This document shows, piece after piece, positions 12,615 through 25,187 of a stretch of DNA of 52,984 nt; the stretch's first letter is position 1; each line of letters begins with the position of its first letter. Both the position numbers and the translations under genes were made by a program. Source of the DNA: Dirinaria sp. TL-2023a (taxonomy: Eukaryota); assembly GCA_051941275.1 (NCBI GenBank), contig JAVEBF010000018.1:1-52984 (forward strand). The letters run 5' to 3'. The notes beneath the pieces were generated by a model that saw nothing but the letters and a program-made list of their open reading frames with translations, was not told where the DNA came from and did no database searches.

Positions 12615-13835
12615 ATGCTGTTGTTGACCTGCTTTTTGGCCCTCGGTGGCCTATTTCCGGGCTTTGTACTATCAGCAGTACCGTCAGCTGCGGACAGCCA
12701 GTCCATTACTCTGCCATTGAACTCTTCCGGCACAGCCCAGAACTCGACTCTTGGCACATTATCACAAGCAACGGAACTTTTCGACGCCGAAATTGCGTGT
12801 GAGCAGACACGCTTTGGCAATCCTCCATCTGCAAGTTGTCGGAATGCACTCGATCAAAGCCCTCACGATGCAATGACTTTCTTGCATGACCGTCTACGTA
12901 GCTACGGACCGCGTGGCCTGGCCATTCAATACGATGTTGGCCTTCCAAAACGGTGGATCAGCTGTGAGCTTATCCAAATCCGGATATCATATATTCGTGA
13001 TATGAGAGCCTGGCTAACGCTCGGCGATAGCGGATGGGATGTGTATCATTACCCTTAGCAAGGAGTCGTTTCCCTCGCGCGTCAGGGACATCGACATCTA
13101 CTCAGCTGCACACATCATTCAAGATCAGTGCCTGGATAAAGGGCAGCCTCCATTCGGGGGTGCCTGCACCAAATTGGGTGTGTTATTTAGGCTGAGACCC
13201 GTTCAGAGAACGGGTCCCCTATTCTGCGAGCCTAGCTGCTAATCCGAGTCTTCATAACAGGCGTAGAGGAGAATTTTGGGCTCACCACGCAGGCCTATGC
13301 ACCAGGAGTCGTTAGATGCGAGGGAGCACCGCCAGCAAGACGCCCGAGTTCGCAAGCTTGTCAGCAGATATTGGCAACGATGAAAGCCTCGACTAAAATG
13401 ACCTCTTTCGGCGCTGCAGCACTCCCAGACGTAAGAGCAGAAGAGGTCCTTCCTCAAACTTTGAGAGACCGTAAGTGATGACTGCACTTCAGAAAGGGTT
13501 AGAATTGGGTCCCTTAACTAACAAGCATCGGTTGCCCATCAACAGCGAGCGGCCAGTGCACGATAACCATTGATATTTTCGCGCCCGAGGATAGTGCTTC
13601 TTGGTATGACATCTGGCAGGCAGCGGTCGCGTTGGACGGCATGTGCGCTCGACAAGGGAGGGCTGGAAGAAAGCGCTACCTGGGTGAGATTGCTCCCTTC
13701 GTCAACGCTATTTCTTGTGCACATTACTGAGAAGCTCTAGGGGCGCGTCGGAAAATGGAAGTGAGGATTGGCAGAACAACCACTGGGAGCATCAATGTTG
13801 AACGCAGTAATGAGCTACTTATGAACCATATATAG
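12615..13835 (+). CDS. Secreted cysteine-containing protein with two tandem KP4/Ecp2-like domains (~312 aa, 5 exons)
   Basis: Exons 12615-12963, 13031-13177, 13261-13470, 13546-13683 and 13741-13835 are all GT..AG and stay in frame. Signal peptide-like MLLLTCFLALGGLFPGFVLSA. Two copies of C-x9/11-C..(Y/F)G..LP..xG(M/Q)CxIT..DI..AA..(Q/M)C..G..LG. The fold assignment is inference. Confidence 0.75.
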
Positions 13836-15863
13836 CAACAGAGAAAGGTATGAGATTATTGCCTACATCTGTACAGGGAGCTCTAGGACTCTGGGTGGCA
13901 ATCCCCAGGCAAGTAGGCTGAGAAACGCCAACTTCAGCTGCCATCTTTGTGGTCTGATACAATTGAATGTAGAAGATTTCTTGCTGCGCTCGTGCGGAAA
14001 GCTGAGCCATGTTAGTCGTGATGATCAAACTTGGTGACTGGGTACGCCTCACAGGAGCGACTTTGCATGTTGGACGATGGTAGTCAAAATTTTGGGCAAA
14101 GCACTTGTGCGAAGCCAAGGGGTTAGGGGAATGAGAGGACCAGTCTCGAAGTGATGACAGCCAATAAAGTAAGGACAATGAGCTGCAGCTACTGATCTAG
14201 CAGCAGCATCACCACGCTACTGATGTACATATCTGTATCCAATTAAGTGGTTGTGTGGATCGTACTAGCCCAAGACTAACCTCTTTGGCTGAACGATGCT
14301 AATGTCATGATAATGGATAGAGCGGCTATTTTAGCCGCTACCTTCTCCTATATTATCGTTCAGCCATACATCACTGATCATCTCCATGCCATTCAGTGGA
14401 ATATGCATTAATATCGACTTGAGAACAGCCCGTAAGTGATGGTTCTAGTGCAAGATGGAATAGCCACTTCAGTGGCTGGCTAGTCAGTTTTTGCTGCTTC
14501 AGCCTGTAGATTCAGCTCATGTCAGCATGTCGTCTTTGTCTATACATACTCGTACACCAACGATTTCACCGCTAATACTCGATTAAATGCTGTGCTTCCT
14601 ATTTCTACCATATGCTGCTTATAAACACTCGGCTACAACGATGCGATTACGTCCAGGCACACTTCGAGGCCCCAACGGAGAATCTTGTAGGTCTCGCGCG
14701 AAAGAGTTCCTGACGAGACGAGTCACGAACATGATGGGCGGCCAAGGGAGCGATAGGACCCAGACAGTCCCCAACATTTACTCCAGACCGATGTAACCAG
14801 ATCCGTTATTGAAGGTATCTTTGTAATCTTTGTGCAGGGATACACAAGGTCTCCCTGTCTTACGCAAGTTCTCTTTGCTCTCTTCATCCCTTGTTCTAGC
14901 GAGCAATTGCCGATGGGTGTTGATCAGTGCTACTCTTCCACTGCAAGCGGAGCTCGTGCCCACCGCCATCCTATCGCCACCAAACCTCCCTCACTTTTGA
15001 TTTTGGTAAGAAGTTATGCAGAATGCAAGCCTCTATAGGAGCGGAGCGACTAGGGGGTGCGCCGGTTAACGACTTCGAGTGAAGCATTTCTGACCTATGT
15101 GCAGTACCTAGGTCTCTTAAAAAGACGTCAGCGTTGGTTTCCGATTTCCAGGCTAGATTTCAATCGTGCTAAACTGCCATAATAATGCTTTTCCTGGCCG
15201 TAGCGTAATTCATTATTTGCTATCGAGGTCAAAGGCTTGCTAAGCCCGCTCGCAATCACCTCCTTAGCCGATCAGAACGGATCGTCTCCTAGCAAGATTG
15301 ACCCGCATAGCGATGCATAGAATGCATGCTTTCAAGTTGAAGATGTGGTAGAGTAATCGTCGTGCCTCGCTGGGAAAGGGATTTTAACAGCTTTCACGAG
15401 CTTTGGATGACTAAAGAGAGCGCGATTGAAGTCTTGAAATCTCCAATAACTCATGTAAGCTGGATTTTGCGGAGTTTGATGAACGCCTTGGCATCTCATA
15501 TCGGGCTAGCCTTGTCGCGAGTATCGACTATTGCAGCTTAGTGCTTTCGAGCGCTAAGTTCTGGAAAGCTTGGGCGTAGGATTCTGCTGGGCACATATCA
15601 GAAGGGCCCCTATGGTTGTGTCTAGCCATGTCAGGAGATACTCTCGAGGTGGCGATAGTCGCGATGCTCTTGATGTCTAGCGGGAGAAGATGCTTATACA
15701 CGGGGCGGGCTTACAGCAGAAGTCCGTTAACTGCGTCCAACCTGAGTCGAGAGTGGATTCCTCTTCTTACATATAAGGCGCCGCCGTTTGCGAATGCTGT
15801 AGCAAACATCGATACTCTCTAAACGCTTCCCTTGGACCCCAAATTATTTCACCCTTCGAGAAA

Positions 15864-17048
15864 ATGTCGGCGCCACCCGTCCCTACTTCGCTAAAAAGCA
15901 GTCTAGAGGCCACCAAAGTCGAGTATGTCCAGCTGGGCTCCTCTGGCCTCCGAGTCTCTTCCCCGATCCTCGGTACCATGGGTATTGGCAGTAAGGATTG
16001 GCAGAATTGGGTGGTGGAGGAAGAGGAAGGGTTGGATATACTTAAAGCAGCATGGGATAGAGGTAATTAAGACATGCAAACACATTGGAGGTCTATCACT
16101 AACTAAGTCGTAGGCCTCTCAACTTGGGATACCGCGAACGTCTATTCCAGTGGCGTAAATGAGGAAATCGTTGGGAAAGCGATCAAAAAGTTCTCCATAC
16201 CTCGGCAAAAGCTTACCATCTTAGCCAAGTGCTGTGGAACAGTCCCAGAGGAGCCGGGAATTTTCAATTGGCCATTTGAGGCGCAGATGCGGGAGAGCAA
16301 AGATTATACCAATCAAGGCGGTAAGCTCCTCTACCAACGTTTGTAGGCGCCTAGGCTGATTATGTTGGGCTGGATAGGGCTATCACGAAGCGCGATTTTC
16401 AAAGCGGTCGACGCCTCGCTCAAGCGCCTGGGAATCGACTATATTGACCTTCTTCAGATCCACAGGTACGATGCCTCAGTCCCCCCTGAAGAGACAATGA
16501 AAGCGCTGCACGACCTCGTGCAAAGCGGCAAAGTCCACTATATTGGCGCAAGCTCCATGTGGACGTACCAATTCGCCCGCATGCAATTCCTCGCCGAGAA
16601 TAATGGGTGGACCAAATTCGTGAGCATGCAAAACCGATACAATCTATGCTACCGAGAGGAAGAGAGGGAAATGAACAAGTTTTGTAATGAGACTGGTGTG
16701 GGTTTGATCCCATGGGGACCTTTATCCTCAGGCTTGCTGGCAAAGCCACTAGGTGTGGAATCTGCCCGGTCAAAGGGTGTAATCGCTATGAGCGGTGGCA
16801 TTACAGAAGCAGATGAAATCATCAACAAGCGTGTCCAGGAGCTGGCCGAGAGGAAGGGATGGAAGATGAGTCAAGTTGCGCTGAGCTGGATCAGAGGAAA
16901 GGGTTGCGTCCCGATCGTCGGCCTGACCAGTACCAATATTCAGAGGCTCGACGAAGCGTGTGCTCTTCGGGACATGAAGCTGACTGACGATGAGATGAGG
17001 TACCTGGAAGAGCCATACGTTCCGAAACCAGTTTCTGGACATGTATAG
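15864..17048 (+). CDS. Aldo-keto reductase, aryl-alcohol-dehydrogenase-like (~358 aa, 3 exons)
   Basis: Exons 15864-16062, 16114-16320 and 16378-17048. Motifs: '[19 protein letters not shown]', [23 protein letters not shown] and '[19 protein letters not shown]'. TATA-like ATATAA at 15771-15776. Confidence 0.93.
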
Positions 17049-17120
17049 CGCTAAAGGCAAAGCCGATGGCGGGACAGAAAGTTGTTTTAGAATCAGGCAG
17101 AAGTAGCACCAAAAGTGCTC

Positions 17121-18600
17121 ATGACGGCCATCAATCAACAATACTACTCCAACATCCAAGCCCATGAGTACATTGAAATAATGTAATAACAATGGCATGC
17201 AATCAAGTACAACGACATTGCCTCCGAGTACCAACCAAGAGAACAGAGTTTCCAAAGCTTGCAGAATCGTGCCTGAAGAAGAGCAAGGGCGAAGGGACTG
17301 GCGCAAATGTACTGGAGGCGGGCATAGCTGGCTCGCCTGGGGAACAACTTTTGCAGCCTGGGTTCTTGTCAGACTCGAGGCACCGTGAAACTTCTCTATT
17401 GATCTTCCACGAGAGTGATGATGACTTTCTCTTGGTCATATCGACGAGGCAGATGGATCCCTTTGAATCTCTTGATGGCAGAGAGTTCGACGTGATCATG
17501 AACAAACACCGCCTCGTCCCTGTTTACGGCTGTCCGCCTCAAGATCATCAACTTCGGAAAAGCGTGATGATCCTCAACGAGAGAGACGAAATATTGGTAG
17601 AGTATGCGTTGCATAATTCGGAGAATGTTAGGAAGCTCCAGCGAGCGTTGATAGAATACCGTGTCTATCATGACATGCGATTTTCGAGCCGACTCATCAA
17701 GGGGTCTGAGTATAACACCCTTCTCAAGAGCGGACTTTTACAGCTCTGGCAATATAAGCCTCTATCGCCGATCTCCACATGAGCGCCACCGAAATGCTCA
17801 AATGCAGACTCGTCTTTGAAGAGCTCAAGATCACCGATACCGAGCTTTGGCTCAGGACTTAACCAATCCGAGTATGCCGAACTTGCTAGTTGTGAAGGAC
17901 AAAAAAATGATTTAGCCGACTTCGTAGGCGAGCATGGGTCCCCGAATACGCCTTGCGCTGAAGTGTCTTGCAGACGTCAACGGCAAATTTCACCTTTCAC
18001 GGAAGTAGCAAGCGCGCAATGGCGAGACGCAAATCACTCATCGCGCTTTTCAAACACTAACCGAAATAGCGGTTTCGAAAGTAATCTATCGTACCGATTG
18101 CTATCGAAGACTTTAGACGTAGGGCCCAGATCTAGATCCACTGGTCAAGCGACAGAGTTCAGATGCTTAACAGCAGCATTCTCTCACCTGTTCAGAGACC
18201 AAGGCATAATGATACTCAAGCTTTGAAACCAGCGTCACCTGTACTTGTCATTTATCTCTTGTGCAACGAGAGATTTAGCTTTCTGCACCTGAAACGTAAG
18301 TTTCAGCATATCGACTCCACTATCATTTTTCACTTATCAAAAAGTAGTGGATGAGACTATATATGTCAATCCAGACTCATGTGACTGTCGAAATTCGAAG
18401 CTGCAATGCAACAGAGTCGTCCTCAAATCAAAGGAAAGAACTTTTACTATACGCACGCTGAGCGCTGATCAGAAAGGCGACAAAGGTTTCTACAGTTGGG
18501 ACTTGTTCGTTTCTCGTCGACCTTGGTTAGTAAAGCTCTAAAAGGCGATTAATCATGAGAATGTAAAGACATTCGACCTAAAGTTCGCGAATGAAAACGG
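17121..18600 (+). pseudogene. Probable disrupted gene of an uncharacterised fungal protein
   Basis: Protein-like blocks ('LQRALIEYRVYHDM..SGLLQLWQYKPL', 'PASPVLVIYLL..FSFLHL', 'DETIYVNPDSCDCR..CNRVVL..WDL') are separated by in-frame stops (TAATAA 17184-17189, TGA 17780-17782, TAA 18539-18541) and frame changes. A GTAAG donor lies at 18296. Boundaries are approximate. Confidence 0.4.
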
Positions 18601-19541
18601 TGAATCGAACGCGTGTGTCGCTCAGAGTCGTGCTGACGGGCCTCAAAAAAAGCTTTGTTTCTTAAGAAACTCGCATCGCTGGTCAACTGTAGGAAAGCTG
18701 ATCAGAACGACTATGAGAAGAGTCTAAAAGAAGCGAGTCAAATTCTGAGCGCGCTGCATCGGCGATGTTAGTTTGAGATGTCGGACCTCGTCCTATTATG
18801 ACTCGGGATGCTAAAAAACAAGCCCGGCCAATGCTGTTGACTTTTAGCGATAGCATATGTAAATACATCTACAGAGTAGTATCAGTCATACGTGTCCAGA
18901 CACTAGGTGTGTGTGACAGCACTGCTCTCCACAACTAAGACCGATGAAGGAGATTCACTGTTGCGATAGCAGAGACCGATGAACGCGAAAGCGTTTGACG
19001 ATCATTAGGACTGCCAAGGTCCCTATTTCGACTCTCCCTACCTGAAGATCAGAAGATGAAACGGGAATGATGCAAATCTGAGACAGAGGAAGAAGGCTTT
19101 TGGGTGAGTAGAGGAGGGGGGGATGGTGCCATTGGGAAGAGGAGGGGTGTGCCATCAGGAAAGGGGGTGTGTGCGCCTAGCGGCGCCCTAATTTTTGTTG
19201 TCAGCAACACATGAGGCTTTATGTATATTGGCAGTTGGATTCCGTGACTTTCATGGCCGGTAAGGTTGTTCTGCTCTCTTAATCTAAGTCGCATGCGCAG
19301 AGATGAATTTCTAGCTATGATTCAGTGGAGATATTACAGATCTCAAGCCATCCATGTAAAAGTGATATGGAAAAATCCTGAAGCCGAATCGTATGGCTAT
19401 TTCCAATTTTACCATGCATAATGCTGCCTTCTTCATAGCATTTTGACAGTTCTGCTTCATACTTTTCGCGATGCGGGCTCGACAGCAACCACAATGCTTA
19501 TTCAGAATCATACACAATAAATGTGCGGTAACATTATAAAA

Positions 19542-19622
19542 GACACCGCTGAGATCGAACCCAACATGAAGCTTTGGACTCGAAAGAACAGGGCTTGCGA
19601 AGTTTCCAATCCTTAAGGTATC
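19542..19622 (-). pseudogene. Degenerate tRNA-like sequence (tRNA pseudogene or relic)
   Basis: The minus strand reads GATACC TT AAG-GATTGGAAA-CTT CGC AAGC...GCTT CAT GTTGGGTTCGATCTCAGC GGTGTC TTTT. Acceptor-like pairing GATACC/GGTGTC, a D-like arm with GG, a GTTCGA T-loop and a T4 tail are present. The T-stem is imperfect and the anticodon loop is oversized. Confidence 0.3.
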
Positions 19623-20782
19623 ACCGCATACTGTCTTACCATAGCTTATGACTACTGAATGGCGTCTTTAATACTTGAATTGTGCCGGTTCAGTACATCA
19701 GCAGCATGTGGAGGAGGATTTGGCTGAGGCTAAGAATGCCTCTAACGATCGCATCAAACATTGTCTTTTCATAAGATACTCAGATACGACTCTTTAACCT
19801 CAAGTAGCCTCCTCTTTATGAGATCGAACGCATTTTAACATTGCCGACGGTAATTTGATAGCTTGTTACGCACCTGTCATTGCCTGGTTACCTTGTTGCC
19901 CAGTTGCCTCTTTAATAGTCGCCTGGAACAAGCAAGGCTGAGCATCTGCCGTGGTCCTCAAACTTGCGGTGATACTTTCTCAATATCAGAGCCTACCATT
20001 ACACCGACTGGCTGGGGTAGAGCCGCCTTGAAATACTTTCAGACTACACCATCGATATGCAGTCAGATAAACCCATTTTGTCTTCACCTTAGAGAATACT
20101 CGTGTTCAAATCCAGTTGCACAGGCTTAAATCTCGACTATTAGCTTGCAAGGGTACTCTGCTAAAGCATTTACGTGATGGATTACCAAAAATGATTGAAC
20201 CAACCTTGAGAACCAAGAATATGCGTTCTTTTCTATGGTTCAAAGGATTCCACTGCCGCCACACCACCCTCGCCAGTCTCCACAATTAATTTTAACCTAT
20301 TAGCCCCCGCCGATCTCTTGCTGCGTCACCATTCCATATACCCTTTCCTCTACTCTAGCGGAGAGACGAGTTTTAAGCAAAGAGTGTTTTCACCAAGTGA
20401 CGATGGACTGGTTCGAGATGAAAGTGCGATTGTCAATACAACACATCACTAGATTTTAGGTGATGCTAGAACAAGAGGATTTCGCAATTCTGATTCTCAA
20501 GGATTGAGGTGTGAAAGATGAAATTACTAGACCACAGTCAGTGTTGGTGAGGGTGGTGCGTCAGTAGAGTAGGATGGTTTGGCGGCGGTGGGATTCGGCT
20601 TAATTAGCTGGGAAGGTGACTGAAGGAACAACACATTCATACAACACTTGGATACCGGCAACACTTCCAACATAGATAAAATTTGTTTGATAAGAAAATA
20701 CCCAAAGTTCTCCTGATTTAATTCCTCCACTATTCATGCTACTTTCATCTCTGCCTAGGCTTCAATCAATGCAAGAGCCACA

Positions 20783-22305
20783 ATGAGCGACTCAACTACC
20801 ATGTCCACACCGGAAAAAAGGGGAGCGGTCTCGGAAGCCCTGGCTGCGCCTCCTCCTCCTGGTGTCATACCCAATGTCCAGAATCCGGCCAATCTCGACA
20901 ATTACGTTGCATTGACCCTTACTCTATGTATCCTTATTTCGACAATCGCCTTCTTTGTACGCATGTACACCAAACTATTTGTCAACCGGACTCTGGCAGC
21001 CGAAGATTGTAGGTTGCCCACTCTTTCAGACCGTTCGTTCGTTCGTTCTAGTGCTGATGTTATCTAGATGTGATTGTTATAGCCTGGGTACGTCGTCATG
21101 TTGAACGAAACTCCAATCTCCTCCCTGACCCCTCAAAGCTCTTCCAGATAAGCGAAGCAGTCCCGACTGCCATCATGACCCGATATGGCGGAGGAAGTCA
21201 CATGTGGGACGTCAGATACAAAGACCTCCTCGAGTTGCTCTACGTAAGATATCACCAAGCAAAAGCGCCGTGCTCAAAACTGACGACTCACCGAGTGGGG
21301 TAATGTCTCAGGTATTCTGTATGGGCTGGCTATATTCTTTACCAAGCTTTCCATTCTACTCCAATACCTGCGAATTTTTGCACCGACAAGGAGAGGTAAC
21401 ATGCTTATGTATGTCGGTGCCCATGTCTGTATATGGACCAGCCTTGTGTTCTATTTCACTACGACGGTGATCTACATTGATCTATGCAGTCCTCGTTCGA
21501 AAATTTTTAATCCTGGGGTGAAGAATGGTCATTGTCATGACACAGGTGCGACTTTCAAGGCCACCGGCGTTTTCAGCGTCATATCAGATTTTGCGATTCT
21601 CGTTCTGCCATTGCAGTCCATTTGGAAGCTGCGCATGCCACTGAGAAAAAAGCTTCTAATCAGTATGGTCTTCGCGACAGGTATTTTGTAAGTCATCTCT
21701 CCTCCTCAGAATCCAAAATTGCTGGAAGTCCCCTTCCTTTACAAGCACTCTCTCTCTCACGCCCGAGTGACTGACTACCTTCGTTTGACAGTACCTGCGC
21801 GAGTTCCATCTTGCGGACTTACTATACTTGGAAACTCTTCGAATCCCGCGATCTGAGCTACTATATGGTGCAAATGGGCCTCTGGGCATATGCCGAGCTT
21901 GCCACTGGTGTTATCATTAGCTGTCTGCCCATAATTCCCAGGTTCTTCCAGGAGCTTCGGCCCAAGATCAAAATGGCTTTCCAGCTTCCAGGTGAGTGCG
22001 AAACAAGTCCTGAGAAGATCCTGAAGTCTCATAAAGCCTTAGAAAAGATAACAGCCAGCCTAAAATCTAAGCTGCCATACTCCAAGCGTGAGAGTATATC
22101 TAGCTCGGTAGAGCCAAGCAATGAACCCCCAAACCAAGATGCTCGGCTCACAAGGGAGGCCATCCCATTTGAGGAATACGCTACTGTTGATGCAGGCAGT
22201 GATACGGCCAGAGAATCGAAACATTCACCAGTATCAGGGATTCCGGCGACGAGATCTGATCTGACCGGGTCTCATGTTCAGAACCAAGCAACTGGTTTTG
22301 TGTGA
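20783..22305 (+). CDS. Pth11-like (fungal rhodopsin-domain) multi-pass membrane protein / GPCR, no CFEM domain (~415 aa, 5 exons)
   Basis: Exons 20783-21008, 21068-21087, 21148-21243, 21296-21687 and 21792-22305 stay in frame. Hallmarks: 'APPPPGVIPN', 'RMYTK', 'GGGSHMWDV', 'KLSILLQYLRIF', 'SDFAILVLP', 'KLRMPLRKK' and 'WAYAELATGVIISCLP'. Confidence 0.9.
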
Positions 22306-24242
22306 TTTTTTAGCGGCACTCCAGTCCAGGCAGCCTCGATATGAATGGTTTGTATTGAGTAAATTCGCCCGTAGAAGAGGCAGAGCCATGTCGGACTCTG
22401 CATGTCTTTAAAGACATTATCTTAATAGTCTCTAGATAGCAAAATGCCAATAAACGCCTAGTAGATAGCTATGACTCGTTTTATTAATTTGAAGAACTGT
22501 ATCCCGGCGGGACACATGTGATCACTTCGCCTTCCCTGCCGTACTAGGGCTTACTTCTCTACCCAATACAAACTCTCACATGTTCGCCCTCCCCTTACCC
22601 AAGGGTCTTCTGTATATAATTTCCTCGTAGATCTTTTTGAATGTCCCCCTCATAACTCAAACAACGATCCATTTCGATAGCATTTCCATACCTTGTAAAG
22701 CCTATACACAGTACTGCAAGGACTTATATAGATGGAAGAGATGTCTACAGAGAGTATATCGCAGCCTTTTGTGTGGGGTTAGAATAAGAAACACAAAGTA
22801 AAACACCGAATGTCCACCCGCCACGCCCATGGACCGTAGAGAGTTAAATCAACTAACGCGTGCAAAACCGCACGACCTAGGGGCGAAGTGATATATACTA
22901 TCGACTCTAACATAGTTTTCCTCTGCTGGGGCGCCTCACTCATGTCTCTCTTATAGAAAAAGATCACAACCGCATCGGGCGCCTTACAACGCGTTTCTCT
23001 CCAGTATACATTCTGATAACAAGGCTCTCATGGGCGCCGATTCCCTCACGCAGTAAAAGATCCAAGTGCAGCATTTGTTCTGCAGAGACGCAGCATCATG
23101 TCCGGCTCCACGTTAGTGAAATGAGTCACTGTAAAGTGACGGCAGGGTTACTTGCTTGCGCGCAACTTAGTCTAAGACAGGTTGCAGTGCGCTGAGGCCC
23201 CATGGCAGCGGAGGGTTTGCAGGCTGCTTTTGGGCAGCGTTCAAAGACTCCTGATCGAATTCGCCTTTTGTTGGAAATGCGGCGATGAGGTGCATGCGAG
23301 CAAATTTGTATTGCGCTTTCTGGTAGCTAAGGATATGTAGTGAGTCTCAATATGAGGTAGTGTGTAGTACTACATCATCGAACGAGTGCAACGGTAGACC
23401 AAACTCAGATGAGAAAAAGATATTGGTCCCGAAGCCTCAAAGCGGTGCTATGAAGGATGGCCGAGAAAAGATTGAAAACCACTGTTGGGACGATTAGTCT
23501 TTAGGAAACAGTTTAAGACTACCTTCATTTGACATATTCCCAGTAGGTGTGGCCTTCCCGTAATAGTTTTTACAACAGAAGCGGTTATTATCTGGCCTTT
23601 TTGGTATGCATAGCGGTGAGATTGCAGTTTGTGATCTGGCATTGACATAAAGTACTACATGTGAATGCAGGCGGATATGCGAGATGCAGTCGAATATCCG
23701 CTCTTTTTCACTGGCGCTTGAACGTAGTGGTGGGATTTCTCTTGAGGGTTGAGGCGCTAATCTCCTTCATCATTGTTTCGACCGTGGGGGCTCAACTTTC
23801 GCCACTTCGATCTCACCATATGTCCCCCACAAAAAAATCAACCATCAACCGGTATCTTACTATGGTTTACCTCTAGTGAAGGACGTACGTCTAGGAGTGA
23901 GAGAATCTAGGGATGGCTTCTCCCGATGACATCGACGCCAATGGATCTCGGAGATACTATCCATTATGTCCGAGCCAGACGGACTTTGGACCATTTTAAT
24001 GTCCGAGTATTGTTGTACGTGTCTCCTTTTAAAAGATCACCGATGTCTTTAAGCTTATTGTTCCCAGTGCTGGGCACGTAATTCTCAATTGTCTTTGTGG
24101 TCCCTGAATCTTTATCGAAAGCACGTCGTGACATCTTGGCGATCCAGTCTTTAACTTTGTGCCATCATAATCAGTGAACTACTAGAATAATTGATTCGGA
24201 AACCTCAAGACTTCACCACCGAAATTAACCTCGACGGCCATC

Positions 24243-25187
24243 ATGAGCAGTATTTTGGTAGTGTTCGGCGCCACGGGCCAGCAAGGCGGATCCGTAATAG
24301 ACTATGTCCTAGCAGACCCGATTCTCTCCAAACGCTTCACTCTCCGTGCTATAACCCGCAATATCAACTCATGCCGAGCGAAAGCGATAAAGGAAAAGGA
24401 CGTTGAAGTTGTTGAAGCTGATGCAGATGATCTACTCTCTCTCAAGTCAGCACTGAGAAATGCGCACACCATCTTCGCAAATACAATTACGGATTACGAT
24501 CATCCGGACCTCGAAGCTCACGAGCTTAAGCAGGGAAAGATGATCGCCGATGCGGCTGTGGATGCTGGTGCCCAGTATATCATTTATAGTACGCTTGCTC
24601 ATGCTGGTAAAATTTCCGGGGGAAAGCTCAAGAATATGGGGCACTTTGATACAAAAGCCGAGGTTGAGGCATACATCCGCTCTCTGTCACCGAAGATCAA
24701 GAGTGCCTTCTTTGCTCCGGGAAGCTTCATGCAAAACTGGCACCAACATGGCATGGGACCCCGCGCCGTGGGCGATGGCACCTACGCTCTAATCAATTTC
24801 GTGAATCCGGACACTAGACTAGCCTTAATTGATATTGTCGATGATACTGGTAAATATGTTGGCGCTATTCTCGCTGAGCCCGAAAAGTACGAAGGAAAGA
24901 CTATGAGCGCCGCGACGGGTTTTTGGTCCTATCGTGAGATTGTAGACGAGATGAGCAGAGCTTCTGGCAAAACGGTAATTTATAACCAGCAACCGCAGAA
25001 TGACTGGGCTCGCTTTTTGCCGCCAAAGGCAGCATCGTACTTAGTGGATATGTTTCTGTGGTTTCAAGATTATGGCTACTGGGGTCCTTCAAGCAACGAA
25101 GATGTCGAATGGACCATTCAGCAGGCTCGAGGGAAGTTGACGACGCTTGAAGAGTACCTGAAGAAGCATCCTCTTTCTCTGGGCTGA
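24243..25187 (+). CDS. NmrA-like family NAD(P)-binding protein (HSCARG-like), 314 aa, intronless
   Basis: Rossmann motif VFGATGQQGGSV, 'LRAITRN', 'HFDTKAEVE' and 'DTGKYVGAILAEPEKY'. Confidence 0.92.
   Translation: MSSILVVFGATGQQGGSVIDYVLADPILSKRFTLRAITRNINSCRAKAIKEKDVEVVEADADDLLSLKSALRNAHTIFANTITDYDHPDLEAHELKQGKMIADAAVDAGAQYIIYSTLAHAGKISGGKLKNMGHFDTKAEVEAYIRSLSPKIKSAFFAPGSFMQNWHQHGMGPRAVGDGTYALINFVNPDTRLALIDIVDDTGKYVGAILAEPEKYEGKTMSAATGFWSYREIVDEMSRASGKTVIYNQQPQNDWARFLPPKAASYLVDMFLWFQDYGYWGPSSNEDVEWTIQQARGKLTTLEEYLKKHPLSLG

Noticed and set aside
18955..19155. BTB/POZ-like fragment 'KRFRVHRSLL' on the minus strand
   Set aside because: A single short motif; I could not splice a continuing domain.
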